Virus record (IMG/VR): IMGVR_UViG_3300030524_000001
From: a virus
DNA: 64,000 bases
Strand: one strand, 5' to 3'
This document shows positions 54,754 to 63,537 of this stretch, in pieces; position 1 is the stretch's first letter; each line of letters opens with the position of its first letter. The notes under the pieces are model-generated. The model saw only the letters and a program-made list of their open reading frames with translations, was not told the origin of the DNA and did not search any database. The position numbers were made by a program, and so were the translations under genes.

Positions 54754-57281
54754 GGTCCACCGCCCCCCGTCGCGACGGGGAAACCGCCGAAGCTCGTCGG
54801 CAGCTGCGCCGGAGGGAGAGGAACGGTGACCGCGGGTTGGGCCTGCGGGTCGACGTGGGTTGTCTCAGGCTCTTCGCCAGGGAAGTGCCAGCGGGACTCA
54901 CCACCGATCGACATGATCAGGTAGCGGCAGTTGTGCACCAGGACGCCGTTGGCGAAGTACTCCTCGACGTCTTCGACGGAAAGGTTGTATACGTCAGCCC
55001 GTCCGGCGTCGGACAGTCCAAGAACATGCGCGGGAGCAATTTCGGGTCGAGGCGTAGCGATTGATGCGGAACGTCTCGCCGCAGCCCTCGCACGTGCGGT
55101 CCACGTCGTCGATTCCGCTCGCCTTTCGGGCATAGGCGCGGCACTTCCCAGAACAAAACCGCGTCGATTCGTTGCGGTCGGTAGTTTCGAACACCTCGCC
55201 GCAATGCGCGCACGCCAGCGTGCGCGGCTCGCGCCCGATCCAAGCTCGCCTTCCGTTCTCGGAGTGCCAGGCACGCCCCTCGTCGCTGCGGTGCCATTCT
55301 GCGGCCAGCTGCTGGTTAGCCGCCCATGCCGTGCGCTGAGCATCGCTCCGCGGCTGATCCCCGTGATGAGAGCGGTGGACCTCGTTGGGCACACAGACGA
55401 GATTGTCGATCGAGTTGTTGTCTGGATCGTGGTCCCGATGATGGGTATCGAAGCCCTCGGGTATCGGGCCGTGTGCAGCCTTCCAGATTTCCTGATGGAG
55501 GCGGCCGACGCCGCGCGCGCGATGACTCCCGCCTGGCGTGAAGTAGACCTGTTCAGTTCTGCGCTTGGCGTCCGGATAGCGGCGGAAAGTGATGCCGTTG
55601 AAGACGACAGATTCAACCCTTGGGCGCTTGCGTGGCATGTCTGAATTCTATCAAGGTATCTCAGGGAATCGAGCCGAACGAAGCCTTCCCCCTGCACGAA
55701 GACGGGATGATTCCCGGTTCCAATCAGCTCGCGTCCGTTGCTCATTGAGACCTTGAGTACGGGCTGCGCAATGCCAGTGCGAGCTGAGTCGCGCACCCGT
55801 CGCCACCCCTGTCGGGTCATCACTTCGTCGCCGACGCGGACGTCCTCGATGGGGACGTCGCCGCGGCTCGTGGAGATCAGCGTCCCGGCAACGAAGCAGG
55901 CGTCGTACCAATGGTCTGGGCCATCGGTGTCGACGTCCTCCGGCCGGTGCGGATCGCGCGGCAGCTCGCCCATGGTCTTCGTGAACTGCGGGCAGGCGCC
56001 GTCGAGGATATGCAGCAGCGGGCAGGTCGCCCAACCGAGTTCGCGGTGGTAGGCGCACGCTGGCGCTTCGGCGAGGTAGGTGTGCATGCGGGCCTTGCCG
56101 CCGAGCCGGTCGGTGTCGGCCTTCGTCAGGTGCAGGCCCTCGGTCGCCATCTGATCGGCCGGCGGGAGCGAGGACCCCGTCTTGCCCCACATGGCGGGGT
56201 CGGCCGCGATCGCCAGCACATGATGGCCGGCGTTGGCGTCGAGGATCTGCCGGGCCTGCTCGCGCTCCGGTGTCTGGACCATCGTCAGCTCGCGGTAGAA
56301 CCACAGCCGCCCGTCGCCGTCCTTCGCCGCGGCCAGGTACACCGACGGCGCTGCCCAGCCGTAGTCCATGCCGCCGCGCCGCTGCCACGATGCGGGCAGC
56401 TCGCACGGCGGGACGACGATCCGGTCGCGCTTCCAGTCCGGGAACGCGGCGTCAGGCATCGCGGACCAGTCCCCGTCCTTGATGCGTGCACGCAGGTCCG
56501 GGTCAGCGATGCCTTCGAGGCTCTTCTCGTAGTCGCCGACGTACGGATTGTCGGACGCCTTCGCGGGGATGAAGATCCGGCGCCGCCCGGCCCTGTCGAC
56601 GATCTCCTTGGTGCCGTAGTCGGTGGCGTCGACGTAGTCGTCCTTGACGACGCCGTGCCCGATGTGGCCGGGGTTGCTGGCGGAGCGTGCGCCGAGGCAG
56701 GGCACGCCTTCGACGCCGGAGCGGATGCGCGTGTAGAGGAAGTCCACGACTTCAGGCGGCATCGTGGTGCGCTCATCGATGACGAGCATGTTGATCTCCG
56801 CGCTACTGAGCGCGGCGGCCTCTTCCATGTTCTTCGCGTGCGCGAACGTCAGGATCGAGTTGCCGGGGAACCGCAGCTCGTACTTCGAGCCGTTCCAGAT
56901 TCCGCCGACCGCCTTGGCGTAGTTGTATCGCGCCAGGTTCCGCAGCACCGACTGGTTCAGCTGCGGGAACGTCTTGCGGAACCAGAAGATCTGGATGCCG
57001 GGGAAGCGGACGCAGGTGCGGATGACCAGGGCCAGCAAGCTCTGGGACTTGCCGCCGCCGCCAGCCCCGCCGTAGAGCACGTCGAGGTCTTCGTCGGGCA
57101 GGGCAAGGAACCGCTCCTGCGGGCAAGTCCCGCACATCGGCGGCAAGTCGGCCTCGGGGGTCCCGGCCAGTCGGGCGAGGACCCGCGGCTTGCAGACCGG
57201 TTCGAAGCCCAGCACCGTCAGCGTGTCGGGCTTCTCGAACTCCCGGGCCGCGTACTCGGCCCAGTCCATGGTGGCGGTCAT
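54744..57281 (-). CDS. terminase large subunit containing an intein
   Basis: YGGAGGGGKS Walker A, LVIDE Walker B, ASNPG, GMDYG nuclease, DHWYDA|CRY split by intein; spliced length 522 aa. Confidence 0.95.
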   Translation of the reverse strand: MTATMDWAEYAAREFEKPDTLTVLGFEPVCKPRVLARLAGTPEADLPPMCGTCPQERFLALPDEDLDVLYGGAGGGGKSQSLLALVIRTCVRFPGIQIFWFRKTFPQLNQSVLRNLARYNYAKAVGGIWNGSKYELRFPGNSILTFAHAKNMEEAAALSSAEINMLVIDERTTMPPEVVDFLYTRIRSGVEGVPCLGARSASNPGHIGHGVVKDDYVDATDYGTKEIVDRAGRRRIFIPAKASDNPYVGDYEKSLEGIADPDLRARIKDGDWSAMPDAAFPDWKRDRIVVPPCELPASWQRRGGMDYGWAAPSVYLAAAKDGDGRLWFYRELTMVQTPEREQARQILDANAGHHVLAIAADPAMWGKTGSSLPPADQMATEGLHLTKADTDRLGGKARMHTYLAEAPACAYHRELGWATCPLLHILDGACPQFTKTMGELPRDPHRPEDVDTDGPDHWYDACFVAGTLISTSRGDVPIEDVRVGDEVMTRQGWRRVRDSARTGIAQPVLKVSMSNGRELIGTGNHPVFVQGEGFVRLDSLRYLDRIQTCHASAQGLNLSSSTASLSAAIRTPSAELNRSTSRQAGVIARAASAASIRKSGRLHTARYPRASIPIIGTTIQTTTRSTISSVCPTRSTALITGISRGAMLSARHGRLTSSWPQNGTAATRGVPGTPRTEGELGSGASRARWRARIAARCSKLPTATNRRGFVLGSAAPMPERRAESTTWTARARAAARRSASIATPRPEIAPAHVLGLSDAGRADVYNLSVEDVEEYFANGVLVHNCRYLIMSIGGESRWHFPGEEPETTHVDPQAQPAVTVPLPPAQLPTSFGGFPVATGGGGPWG
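54994..55638 (-). CDS. HNH endonuclease overprinted in an alternative frame inside the intein
   Basis: LHQEIWKAAHGPIPEGFDTHHRDHDPDNNSIDNL...H; two CxxC...FCSxxC zinc repeats; start offset 1643 nt from TerL start, so not in the TerL frame. Confidence 0.9.
   Translation of the reverse strand: MPRKRPRVESVVFNGITFRRYPDAKRRTEQVYFTPGGSHRARGVGRLHQEIWKAAHGPIPEGFDTHHRDHDPDNNSIDNLVCVPNEVHRSHHGDQPRSDAQRTAWAANQQLAAEWHRSDEGRAWHSENGRRAWIGREPRTLACAHCGEVFETTDRNESTRFCSGKCRAYARKASGIDDVDRTCEGCGETFRINRYASTRNCSRACSWTVRRRTG
55645..55653 (-). promoter_or_regulatory. extended -10 promoter inside the intein coding sequence
   Basis: TG-A-TAGAAT, then TCAGAC, then ATG 55638 (leaderless geometry). Confidence 0.65.
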
Positions 57282-57296
57282 TGCCGCCCCCTCGGC

Positions 57297-58064
57297 TCAG
57301 CTGATCAGAGCCCGCAGGTGACGCGGCACGATGTCGGGGACTCGGGCGAGCTGCTCCGGCGTCAGGTTCAGGTCGTTGAGAATTCCCCTGATTGCCTGAG
57401 CAACCTGCTCGCCCTGGCTCTCCGCCAACTTGACGCGGCGCTCCTCGATGCCCGCCTTGATGGCCTCGGCACAGACGCGCACCAGGTGGGTGCGCTCCTG
57501 CTGATAGAGGCGCAGCCAGATACTGGCGACGGCCTCATGGGTCTCACCCCAGTCCTCGCCGCCCTCCTTACGCCTCGTGCGACCCCAGATGAGCGGGTTC
57601 TCACCGTCGCCGTCGGGCGCTTCCGCCTCGATTTCCTGGACGCGACCGCGAAGCCACGCGACATGCCCGGCCGTCCACTGGACTTCGTCGAGGAGCGCCT
57701 CGACGGCGGTCGTCTCGATCTTCAGGCCGTAGGTGGCCACGAGTTTCCTCGCTCTCTCCTCGGCGACCCGAGTCTTCGCGACCTTGAGGGCCTGCGGCGT
57801 CTTGCCGCCGTGGAACCCGCAGACCCGCTGCCCAGGAAGCGCCGGGCACGGACACCGGCCCCCGGGGTCCTTCGGATGGTTCTTCGACAGGTGCGCGGTG
57901 CAGCGTTTCTCGTCCGGGATGGGGCGGTGCCGCGAGCAGAACTCCTCGCCGGGTAGTGCGGGCTGCCGGCAGGGCTGGCCGACCAGATCCGGGCGCCGCT
58001 TGTACTTGTCGCTGTACGTCCCGGCGCAAGGATGGTCGCCCGGCCGCGGCCGGCGCCTCGTCAT
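57297..58064 (-). CDS. terminase small subunit (putative)
   Basis: Immediately upstream of TerL; Cys/His fingers including CGFHGGKTPQ; helical C-terminus. Confidence 0.7.
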   Translation of the reverse strand: MTRRRPRPGDHPCAGTYSDKYKRRPDLVGQPCRQPALPGEEFCSRHRPIPDEKRCTAHLSKNHPKDPGGRCPCPALPGQRVCGFHGGKTPQALKVAKTRVAEERARKLVATYGLKIETTAVEALLDEVQWTAGHVAWLRGRVQEIEAEAPDGDGENPLIWGRTRRKEGGEDWGETHEAVASIWLRLYQQERTHLVRVCAEAIKAGIEERRVKLAESQGEQVAQAIRGILNDLNLTPEQLARVPDIVPRHLRALIS

Positions 58065-58510
58065 CAGCTGCTCCCTACCGGGGCGGCGGTCCAGTGCGCT
58101 GGCAGTTCCTGCACGGGCAGCACTGTCGGCACCGCGGGTTCGGGTGTGCACCCGCAGTCGGGGAGTGTCGCCGAGTTGGGTCCGGCGCAGTCTGCGGCGT
58201 GGACGAGCGCGGCGGCGTCCATGGCGATGGCGTGGCCGCCGCAGGCGTACACGGCGTGCGTGTAGTCGCTGGTGTCGGGCATGGGGCCTTCGACGGGCGG
58301 CGGCTTCTGCACGTCGCGGAGCAGGTACCGCTCGGCCCGGCGGCCGGTCTCCGCGGCCTGCTCGGTGTCGAGTTCGGCCGCGGTGAGGCGGCGTCGCCAC
58401 TGCACGAGCGGCACCGTGGTGCAGCCGGTGCCGTGGCAGCCCGGGCGCGGCGCGGGCGGCTTCGCGGTCCGGACCGGGGCAGGTGGCGGGGTGGGCTTGG
58501 CGAGGTCCAT
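58064..58510 (-). CDS. Cys/Pro-rich hypothetical protein
   Basis: AAAGGAG RBS; TGATG-coupled to TerS. Confidence 0.6.
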   Translation of the reverse strand: MDLAKPTPPPAPVRTAKPPAPRPGCHGTGCTTVPLVQWRRRLTAAELDTEQAAETGRRAERYLLRDVQKPPPVEGPMPDTSDYTHAVYACGGHAIAMDAAALVHAADCAGPNSATLPDCGCTPEPAVPTVLPVQELPAHWTAAPVGSS

Positions 58511-58521
58511 GGCCGCTCCTT

Positions 58522-61014
58522 TCAGCTGAAGCCGAGCCACTGGCTGTTGAACGGCGACGGTGTGGCCATGCTGGACAGGGTGATGCTGCTCGGCAGGGAG
58601 GTGGCGGTTCCGGTGATGACGCCGTAGCGCAGGTTCGCGCCAGTCTGACCGGCGTTGGCGGTGGTGCCCGCGCCGGACGCCTTGAAATTGAGGGCGGCAC
58701 CGGTCATGACCCCGTTGTAGAGGAAGCCCACGTAGTACTTGCCTGCCGCGAGGTTCGTCTGCTGGGTCGTCCAGGGGACGGTGTTGACCTTCTGGTCGGC
58801 CGTGGTGGACCAGATGGTGGTCTGGTCGGCGGTCTGCGTCAGCAGGGTGCCGCTGCTGTTGTAGAGGCCGATCAGGTTCTCGCCGCTGGTCAGGCCGCTC
58901 GTCTGGGCCCCGGACAGGCCGTAGACGATGTTCGTCAGCGTGGCGGACTGCCGCAGGATCATCGCGGTCAGGAACAGGTAGCCGTTGGTCGTCGACGTCG
59001 GTACCCACGTGGTCCCGGCACTGGACGGGTCGTAGTTCCAGGCGATGAGGCCCTGATCGGAGGGCATCCACTCGTAGGCCGGGTGCACGTGCCCGGCATC
59101 GGCCGCCTTACCCGTTGAGCCTGCGGCCTGCACGCCGAGGAAGTTGATGTCCGTGGCGGTGCCATCGAACTGCATGCCGCCGACCGCCGAGGTCGTCGCT
59201 GCGGGCAGGTCACCGGCCGCGATGGTGCCCCAGGCGGGCGCGGCCGAGGCGGACCCGTTGCCGGTCTGCTGCAGGTACTGCTTGGTCGCCGACGTGGATC
59301 CCGGGAGGCGGGTGTTGGTGCCCGTCCCGTTGGCGTAGGCGATGTCGCCGAGCGTGGTGGTCGGCGCGAGAGCGTTGTAGGCGGCGCTCGTGCTGGCCTG
59401 CCCGGTGCCGCCCTGCGCGACGGGCAGCGCGGAGGCGAGGTGGGTGGAGACGACGGTCGGGGATGTCGCGGTGCCGCCGATGTCGCCCGCGAGCTGGATG
59501 GTCCCCTCGGCACCGCTGGTGGCGGCGGCGGGGAGTTGCTGGACGAGCGCGAAGTCGGTCCCGGAGACGCCATTGGCACCGCCGGTGATCTTCTGCCCGC
59601 CGTTGGACCAGGCCGCTGCTGCGGGGTGTTGGGTGGCGATGACGTCGAGCGTCGCGGTCCGGACGGTCGGCGCTCCGCTGGTGCCGCCGACCACGATGGA
59701 CGTGTCGGCCGCGGTCACGCCCAGCACCAGGCCAGTGGTGGGGTGGACGTGCTTCGCGTCGGCCGCGAGGCCGGACGACCCAGCGGCCTGCGCACCCAGG
59801 GCCTGGATGTCGCTCGCGGTTCCGTCGAGCTGCACGACCCCGGCGACCGATGTTGACGCGGTGGGGAGCGTCGGCGTGCCGTGGGTGTGGTCGGAATGCG
59901 GGACGGTGGAGGCACTCCCCGTCGCGGAGGACGCACCGAAGCTCGTCTGCGCGGTGGGCGCGCCCCAGCCCTCGCGCGCGTGGACGTGATCGGACGCCGC
60001 GAACGTACTGGCCACGCCAGTGGTCTGGGTACTAGTCACCGCCGAGGCCGCGGGTGCGCCAGCCGCTGCGAGCGGGTGGACGTGGTCCGCGCGGGCCGGC
60101 AGTGTCGCCGAGCCGAGCGCGGCCGCCTGGCCGACGCCCTCGGTAGTGGCCGGTGCGCTGCCGGCCAGTGACAGGGTGCCGTGGCTGTGGTCCTCGCGGG
60201 CGTAGGTGAGGTCGGTACCCACGACCGACATCTGGCCATAGCTGCTCTCGGCAACGACGGTGGTCGCGGCTGCGGCCGTGGCACCGGAGGCCAATCCGAG
60301 GTTGGCGCGGGCGGTGCTCTCGGACGGCAGGTCCGAGAGGTTGTTGGCCAGAGCCGGGTATGCGGCGTTGGCGCGGGACACCTCGGCGGCGATCTCGCTG
60401 GTGGTGTAGGCCTCGGCGTTGCTCTGTGCGGTCGCGGCGGTGCCTGCTGCATCGAAGGCGCTGCTGGCCTGAGTGGCTGCGCTGCCGAGCCCCAGGTTGG
60501 TGCGGGCTGCGCTCGCTGAGTCGATATCGGAGAGGTTGTTCGCCGCGAGCAGGTCACCGCTGCCGCCGCCCGACGGTGTCTGCCAGTCCGCCGTGTTCGG
60601 CCCGGTCGCGGTCGGGACCTGGCCCGTGGTCGGGGTACCCGAGATCGTGACGCCGACGGGGGTCAGGGGCTGCGTCGGAGTAATCGCGGACAGATCGACC
60701 GTCGGCGCGAGGCTGCCGGGCAGCGAAATCGAGTAGGTGCGCGGTTGCGCGCCGGCCAGCTTCTCCAGGACCCGGTAGGTGAACGGCTCCGGGTACAGGT
60801 GCGTGTCGTCCGTCGCCGGGAGCTCGATCGAGAAGTGCCCGTTGGTGTCGAGGGTCGCGACGGTCGCCGACGGATAGAGGATGACCGAGCCGGTGGCATC
60901 GGCGATCACGTAGTCGAGGCTGAACGTCACCGTGCCCGCGCAGGGCGTGCCGACAGCGGTGACGTACGTGCCGGTGAGCGTGACTCCCGTGAGGTTGCCG
61001 GGCAGCGGCATCAT
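58522..61014 (-). CDS. fibre-like virion protein with repeated D-H-x-H motifs
   Basis: Actinophage minor-tail-type N-terminal domain (GTVTFS...ATLDTNGHFSIELPATDD); EDHSH, ADHVH, SDHVH, SDHTH, AKHVH, AGHVH. Confidence 0.75.
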   Translation of the reverse strand: MMPLPGNLTGVTLTGTYVTAVGTPCAGTVTFSLDYVIADATGSVILYPSATVATLDTNGHFSIELPATDDTHLYPEPFTYRVLEKLAGAQPRTYSISLPGSLAPTVDLSAITPTQPLTPVGVTISGTPTTGQVPTATGPNTADWQTPSGGGSGDLLAANNLSDIDSASAARTNLGLGSAATQASSAFDAAGTAATAQSNAEAYTTSEIAAEVSRANAAYPALANNLSDLPSESTARANLGLASGATAAAATTVVAESSYGQMSVVGTDLTYAREDHSHGTLSLAGSAPATTEGVGQAAALGSATLPARADHVHPLAAAGAPAASAVTSTQTTGVASTFAASDHVHAREGWGAPTAQTSFGASSATGSASTVPHSDHTHGTPTLPTASTSVAGVVQLDGTASDIQALGAQAAGSSGLAADAKHVHPTTGLVLGVTAADTSIVVGGTSGAPTVRTATLDVIATQHPAAAAWSNGGQKITGGANGVSGTDFALVQQLPAAATSGAEGTIQLAGDIGGTATSPTVVSTHLASALPVAQGGTGQASTSAAYNALAPTTTLGDIAYANGTGTNTRLPGSTSATKQYLQQTGNGSASAAPAWGTIAAGDLPAATTSAVGGMQFDGTATDINFLGVQAAGSTGKAADAGHVHPAYEWMPSDQGLIAWNYDPSSAGTTWVPTSTTNGYLFLTAMILRQSATLTNIVYGLSGAQTSGLTSGENLIGLYNSSGTLLTQTADQTTIWSTTADQKVNTVPWTTQQTNLAAGKYYVGFLYNGVMTGAALNFKASGAGTTANAGQTGANLRYGVITGTATSLPSSITLSSMATPSPFNSQWLGFS

Positions 61015-61023
61015 CGCCCCCCG

Positions 61024-61341
61024 TCAGCAGGTGATCGTCAGCAGATAGGCGGGAAGGACGGGGATCTCGGGGTTGTCCGTGACCTGCACCCATACCTGGT
61101 AGGAGCCGGGTGCGAGTTGCGTGGTGCCGCCCGGCCCGACCAGGCACTGCGCGAGGTAGCCGCCTGCGCCGGTGCTTTCGCTGCTGACCCACGACCCGGT
61201 CCACCACTGCGCCCCGAGCACTGATGTGCCGGGCTCCGTGAACGCGAATTGGACGACGTCAGCCGTGGGGTTGTACGGGGCCGTCGGCGTGACGACGGCC
61301 CGCACGTACTGCCTGGACGCCTGGGACTGGGAATGCGCCAC
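61024..61341 (-). CDS. small Ig/BppU-like virion protein
   Basis: VQFAF...AQCLVGPGG...GSYQVWVQVTDNPEIPV. Confidence 0.65.
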   Translation of the reverse strand: MAHSQSQASRQYVRAVVTPTAPYNPTADVVQFAFTEPGTSVLGAQWWTGSWVSSESTGAGGYLAQCLVGPGGTTQLAPGSYQVWVQVTDNPEIPVLPAYLLTITC

Positions 61342-61349
61342 TGGTCCCC

Positions 61350-63527
61350 CTATCCGCCTGCGTCGCGTGCACTCCAGCCGGCCGGGATCTCTGCTGCCCG
61401 CCAGGCGGGTTCGTCACCCCGGGCCGTCCAGGTCGAGCCGCAGTCGGCGGCCGACCAGTCGGCGTACTCCGGGTCGGAGGCGCTCCAGCTCGGCCCAGCG
61501 GCGGCGACGGCGAACACCGGGTAGAGCGGGGCTGCGACGTCGACGCTGCCGGGCGGTGCGGTGACACTCACGCGGGCGACGACACCGGCAACGATCTGCC
61601 CGACGACGACGGTTCCGCCGGGTGCACCGACGGTGATCGTGACGGCGACGCCGATGAGGTTGCGGCCGATGCGGACCGTACCGGCGACGGCTGTGACGGT
61701 GAGCGCGGGAACAGTGCCTTCGGCGGTGACGACGGACTCGCCGCGCGGCGCGGTGACCGCAACGACTACAGGCGCTCCGGTGGCAGAGACCGACGCCGTG
61801 CCAGGCGTAGCCCTAGCGGTGACGGTTGCCGTGCTGCCCGTGATGACTGCACCGGCGTGGATGCTGCCCGCGCGGGCCGTAACGGTGGTGGTGGCAGCGG
61901 CTCCGGCAATGAGAGCGCCGGCGTGGACCTGGCCGGGCGGCGCGACCACGGCGATCGTGGCCGGTGCGCCGGTGACGTTGACCGACATGCCAGCTTGGAC
62001 AGTGCCGGGCGGCGCGCTGACCTGGGCCACTGGTGCGGCACCGGCAACCGTGCAACCCGCGTGGACTGTTCCAGCCGGGGCCGCGACCGAGACTTGGGCG
62101 ACCACGCCCGGCACGGTGGCGCCGATACCGACGCTGCCCGGGACAGCCGTGACCGCAGCGAGGGCGGACGCGCCTGCCACGGTGCAGCCGGCGCGGATGG
62201 AGCCCGCGGGTGCGATGACGGCGACGGTGGCTGCTGCGCCGATGACTCCGGCGCCCGTGAGCACGTTGCCAGCCGGGGCGGTCACTGAGATGCGGGCCGC
62301 TGTACCGGTGACATCGGTCCCGGCCTGGAAGCTGCCAGTGGGTGCGGCGACTACGACATGGGCAGATGCGCCCGGCGCGGAGACCTCGACGGCCCCCGGG
62401 ACTGCGGTGACGCTGATCTGGGTGGCCTGCCCGGCGGCGGTGACGCCTGCATGGCCGGCCGAGGCCGCAGTTGCGACGGTCGCCACTGTGCCGGTGACGG
62501 TTGCTCCGCCGTGGGCAGTACCTGCGGGCGAGGTGACCTCGACGAGAGCGGGGGCGCCCGCGATGACGGTCCCAGCGTGGACGGTACCTGCTGCGGCCGT
62601 GACCTTGACGGCGGCGCTGCTGCCGGGGACGCTGACGTGCACGGTCCCGGCGGGTGCGTGGACCGTGACTGTCCCGGTGGCACCGGTCGTGGCGACGACC
62701 GGAACACCGGGGCAGCCGGTGACTGCGAGACTGGGAACGGCTCCGGTAATCGTGCAGCCAGCGTGGACCGAGCCCGCGGGCGCGAGTACCTGGACCGCGG
62801 CAGCCGCCCCGGTGACCGCCGCCGCGAGGTGGACGCTACCGGCCGGGGCCAAAACCTTGGCGCTGCCCGCTGCTCCGCTGGTCGCGATCCCGACCGTGCC
62901 CGCTACGGCAGCGGTGGCGACGTGCCCGGCCTGACCGGCGATCACGGCACCGGCGTGAACGGCCCCAGCCGGGGCCGTCGTCTTCACGGTGGCCGTTGCG
63001 CCGGTGAGCACGCATCCGGCGTGGACCGTGCCAGCTAGGGCGGTCACCGTGACGTGCGCGGCGGCACCCGGGACCGTGACCTGAGCGGTACCGCCAGGCG
63101 CTGCTGTCTTGATGCTGGCCGCAGCACCCGGACTGCGCACGGCCGGCGTACCGGTCGGAGCCTTCACCGCGACCGTGGCGACCGCGCCGGCGATCGTGCA
63201 ACCTGCGTGAACAGTCCCCGGCACTGCAGTGACCTTGACGGCCGCGACACTTCCCGCAGCTGTGCAACCCGCATGCACGATGCCCGCAGCAGCCTTGACC
63301 GCGACCGTCGCGACGGTGCCGCCGACGGTGACCTTGACCGTGCCTGCAGGCGCAGTGACCTTGATGGTTGCCGCGGCGCCGGGGACCGTGACCGACGTCG
63401 AGCCCGCAGCAGCCTTGACGGCAACGGTGGCGGCGACGCCGTTGACGGTGACCGGGACTGCGGCGGAGGGGAGGTCCCGGCTCAGCCGTACCTGGTCCGG
63501 GATTGACCGGCCGAGACGCGCCATCAC
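61350..63527 (-). CDS. Ala/Val/Gly/Thr tandem-repeat protein (about 19-20-aa period)
   Basis: Roughly 30 repeats of G-x-x-A-x-V-x-V-x-A-x-x-G-T/S-V; Trp-periodic C-terminus. Confidence 0.75.
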   Translation of the reverse strand: MMARLGRSIPDQVRLSRDLPSAAVPVTVNGVAATVAVKAAAGSTSVTVPGAAATIKVTAPAGTVKVTVGGTVATVAVKAAAGIVHAGCTAAGSVAAVKVTAVPGTVHAGCTIAGAVATVAVKAPTGTPAVRSPGAAASIKTAAPGGTAQVTVPGAAAHVTVTALAGTVHAGCVLTGATATVKTTAPAGAVHAGAVIAGQAGHVATAAVAGTVGIATSGAAGSAKVLAPAGSVHLAAAVTGAAAAVQVLAPAGSVHAGCTITGAVPSLAVTGCPGVPVVATTGATGTVTVHAPAGTVHVSVPGSSAAVKVTAAAGTVHAGTVIAGAPALVEVTSPAGTAHGGATVTGTVATVATAASAGHAGVTAAGQATQISVTAVPGAVEVSAPGASAHVVVAAPTGSFQAGTDVTGTAARISVTAPAGNVLTGAGVIGAAATVAVIAPAGSIRAGCTVAGASALAAVTAVPGSVGIGATVPGVVAQVSVAAPAGTVHAGCTVAGAAPVAQVSAPPGTVQAGMSVNVTGAPATIAVVAPPGQVHAGALIAGAAATTTVTARAGSIHAGAVITGSTATVTARATPGTASVSATGAPVVVAVTAPRGESVVTAEGTVPALTVTAVAGTVRIGRNLIGVAVTITVGAPGGTVVVGQIVAGVVARVSVTAPPGSVDVAAPLYPVFAVAAAGPSWSASDPEYADWSAADCGSTWTARGDEPAWRAAEIPAGWSARDAGG

Positions 63528-63537
63528 TGACCCCCGG

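Larger units (their letters stand above)
54930..55898 (-). mobile_element. 323-aa intein in TerL
   Basis: Block A CFVAGTLI, block B TGNHPVFV, blocks F/G VYNLSVEDVEEYFANGVLVHN, followed by Cys+1. Confidence 0.95.

Noticed and set aside
61561-62934. Repeat-rich plus-strand ORF
   Set aside because: Antisense mirror of the repeat protein; no RBS, and opposite to the operon direction.
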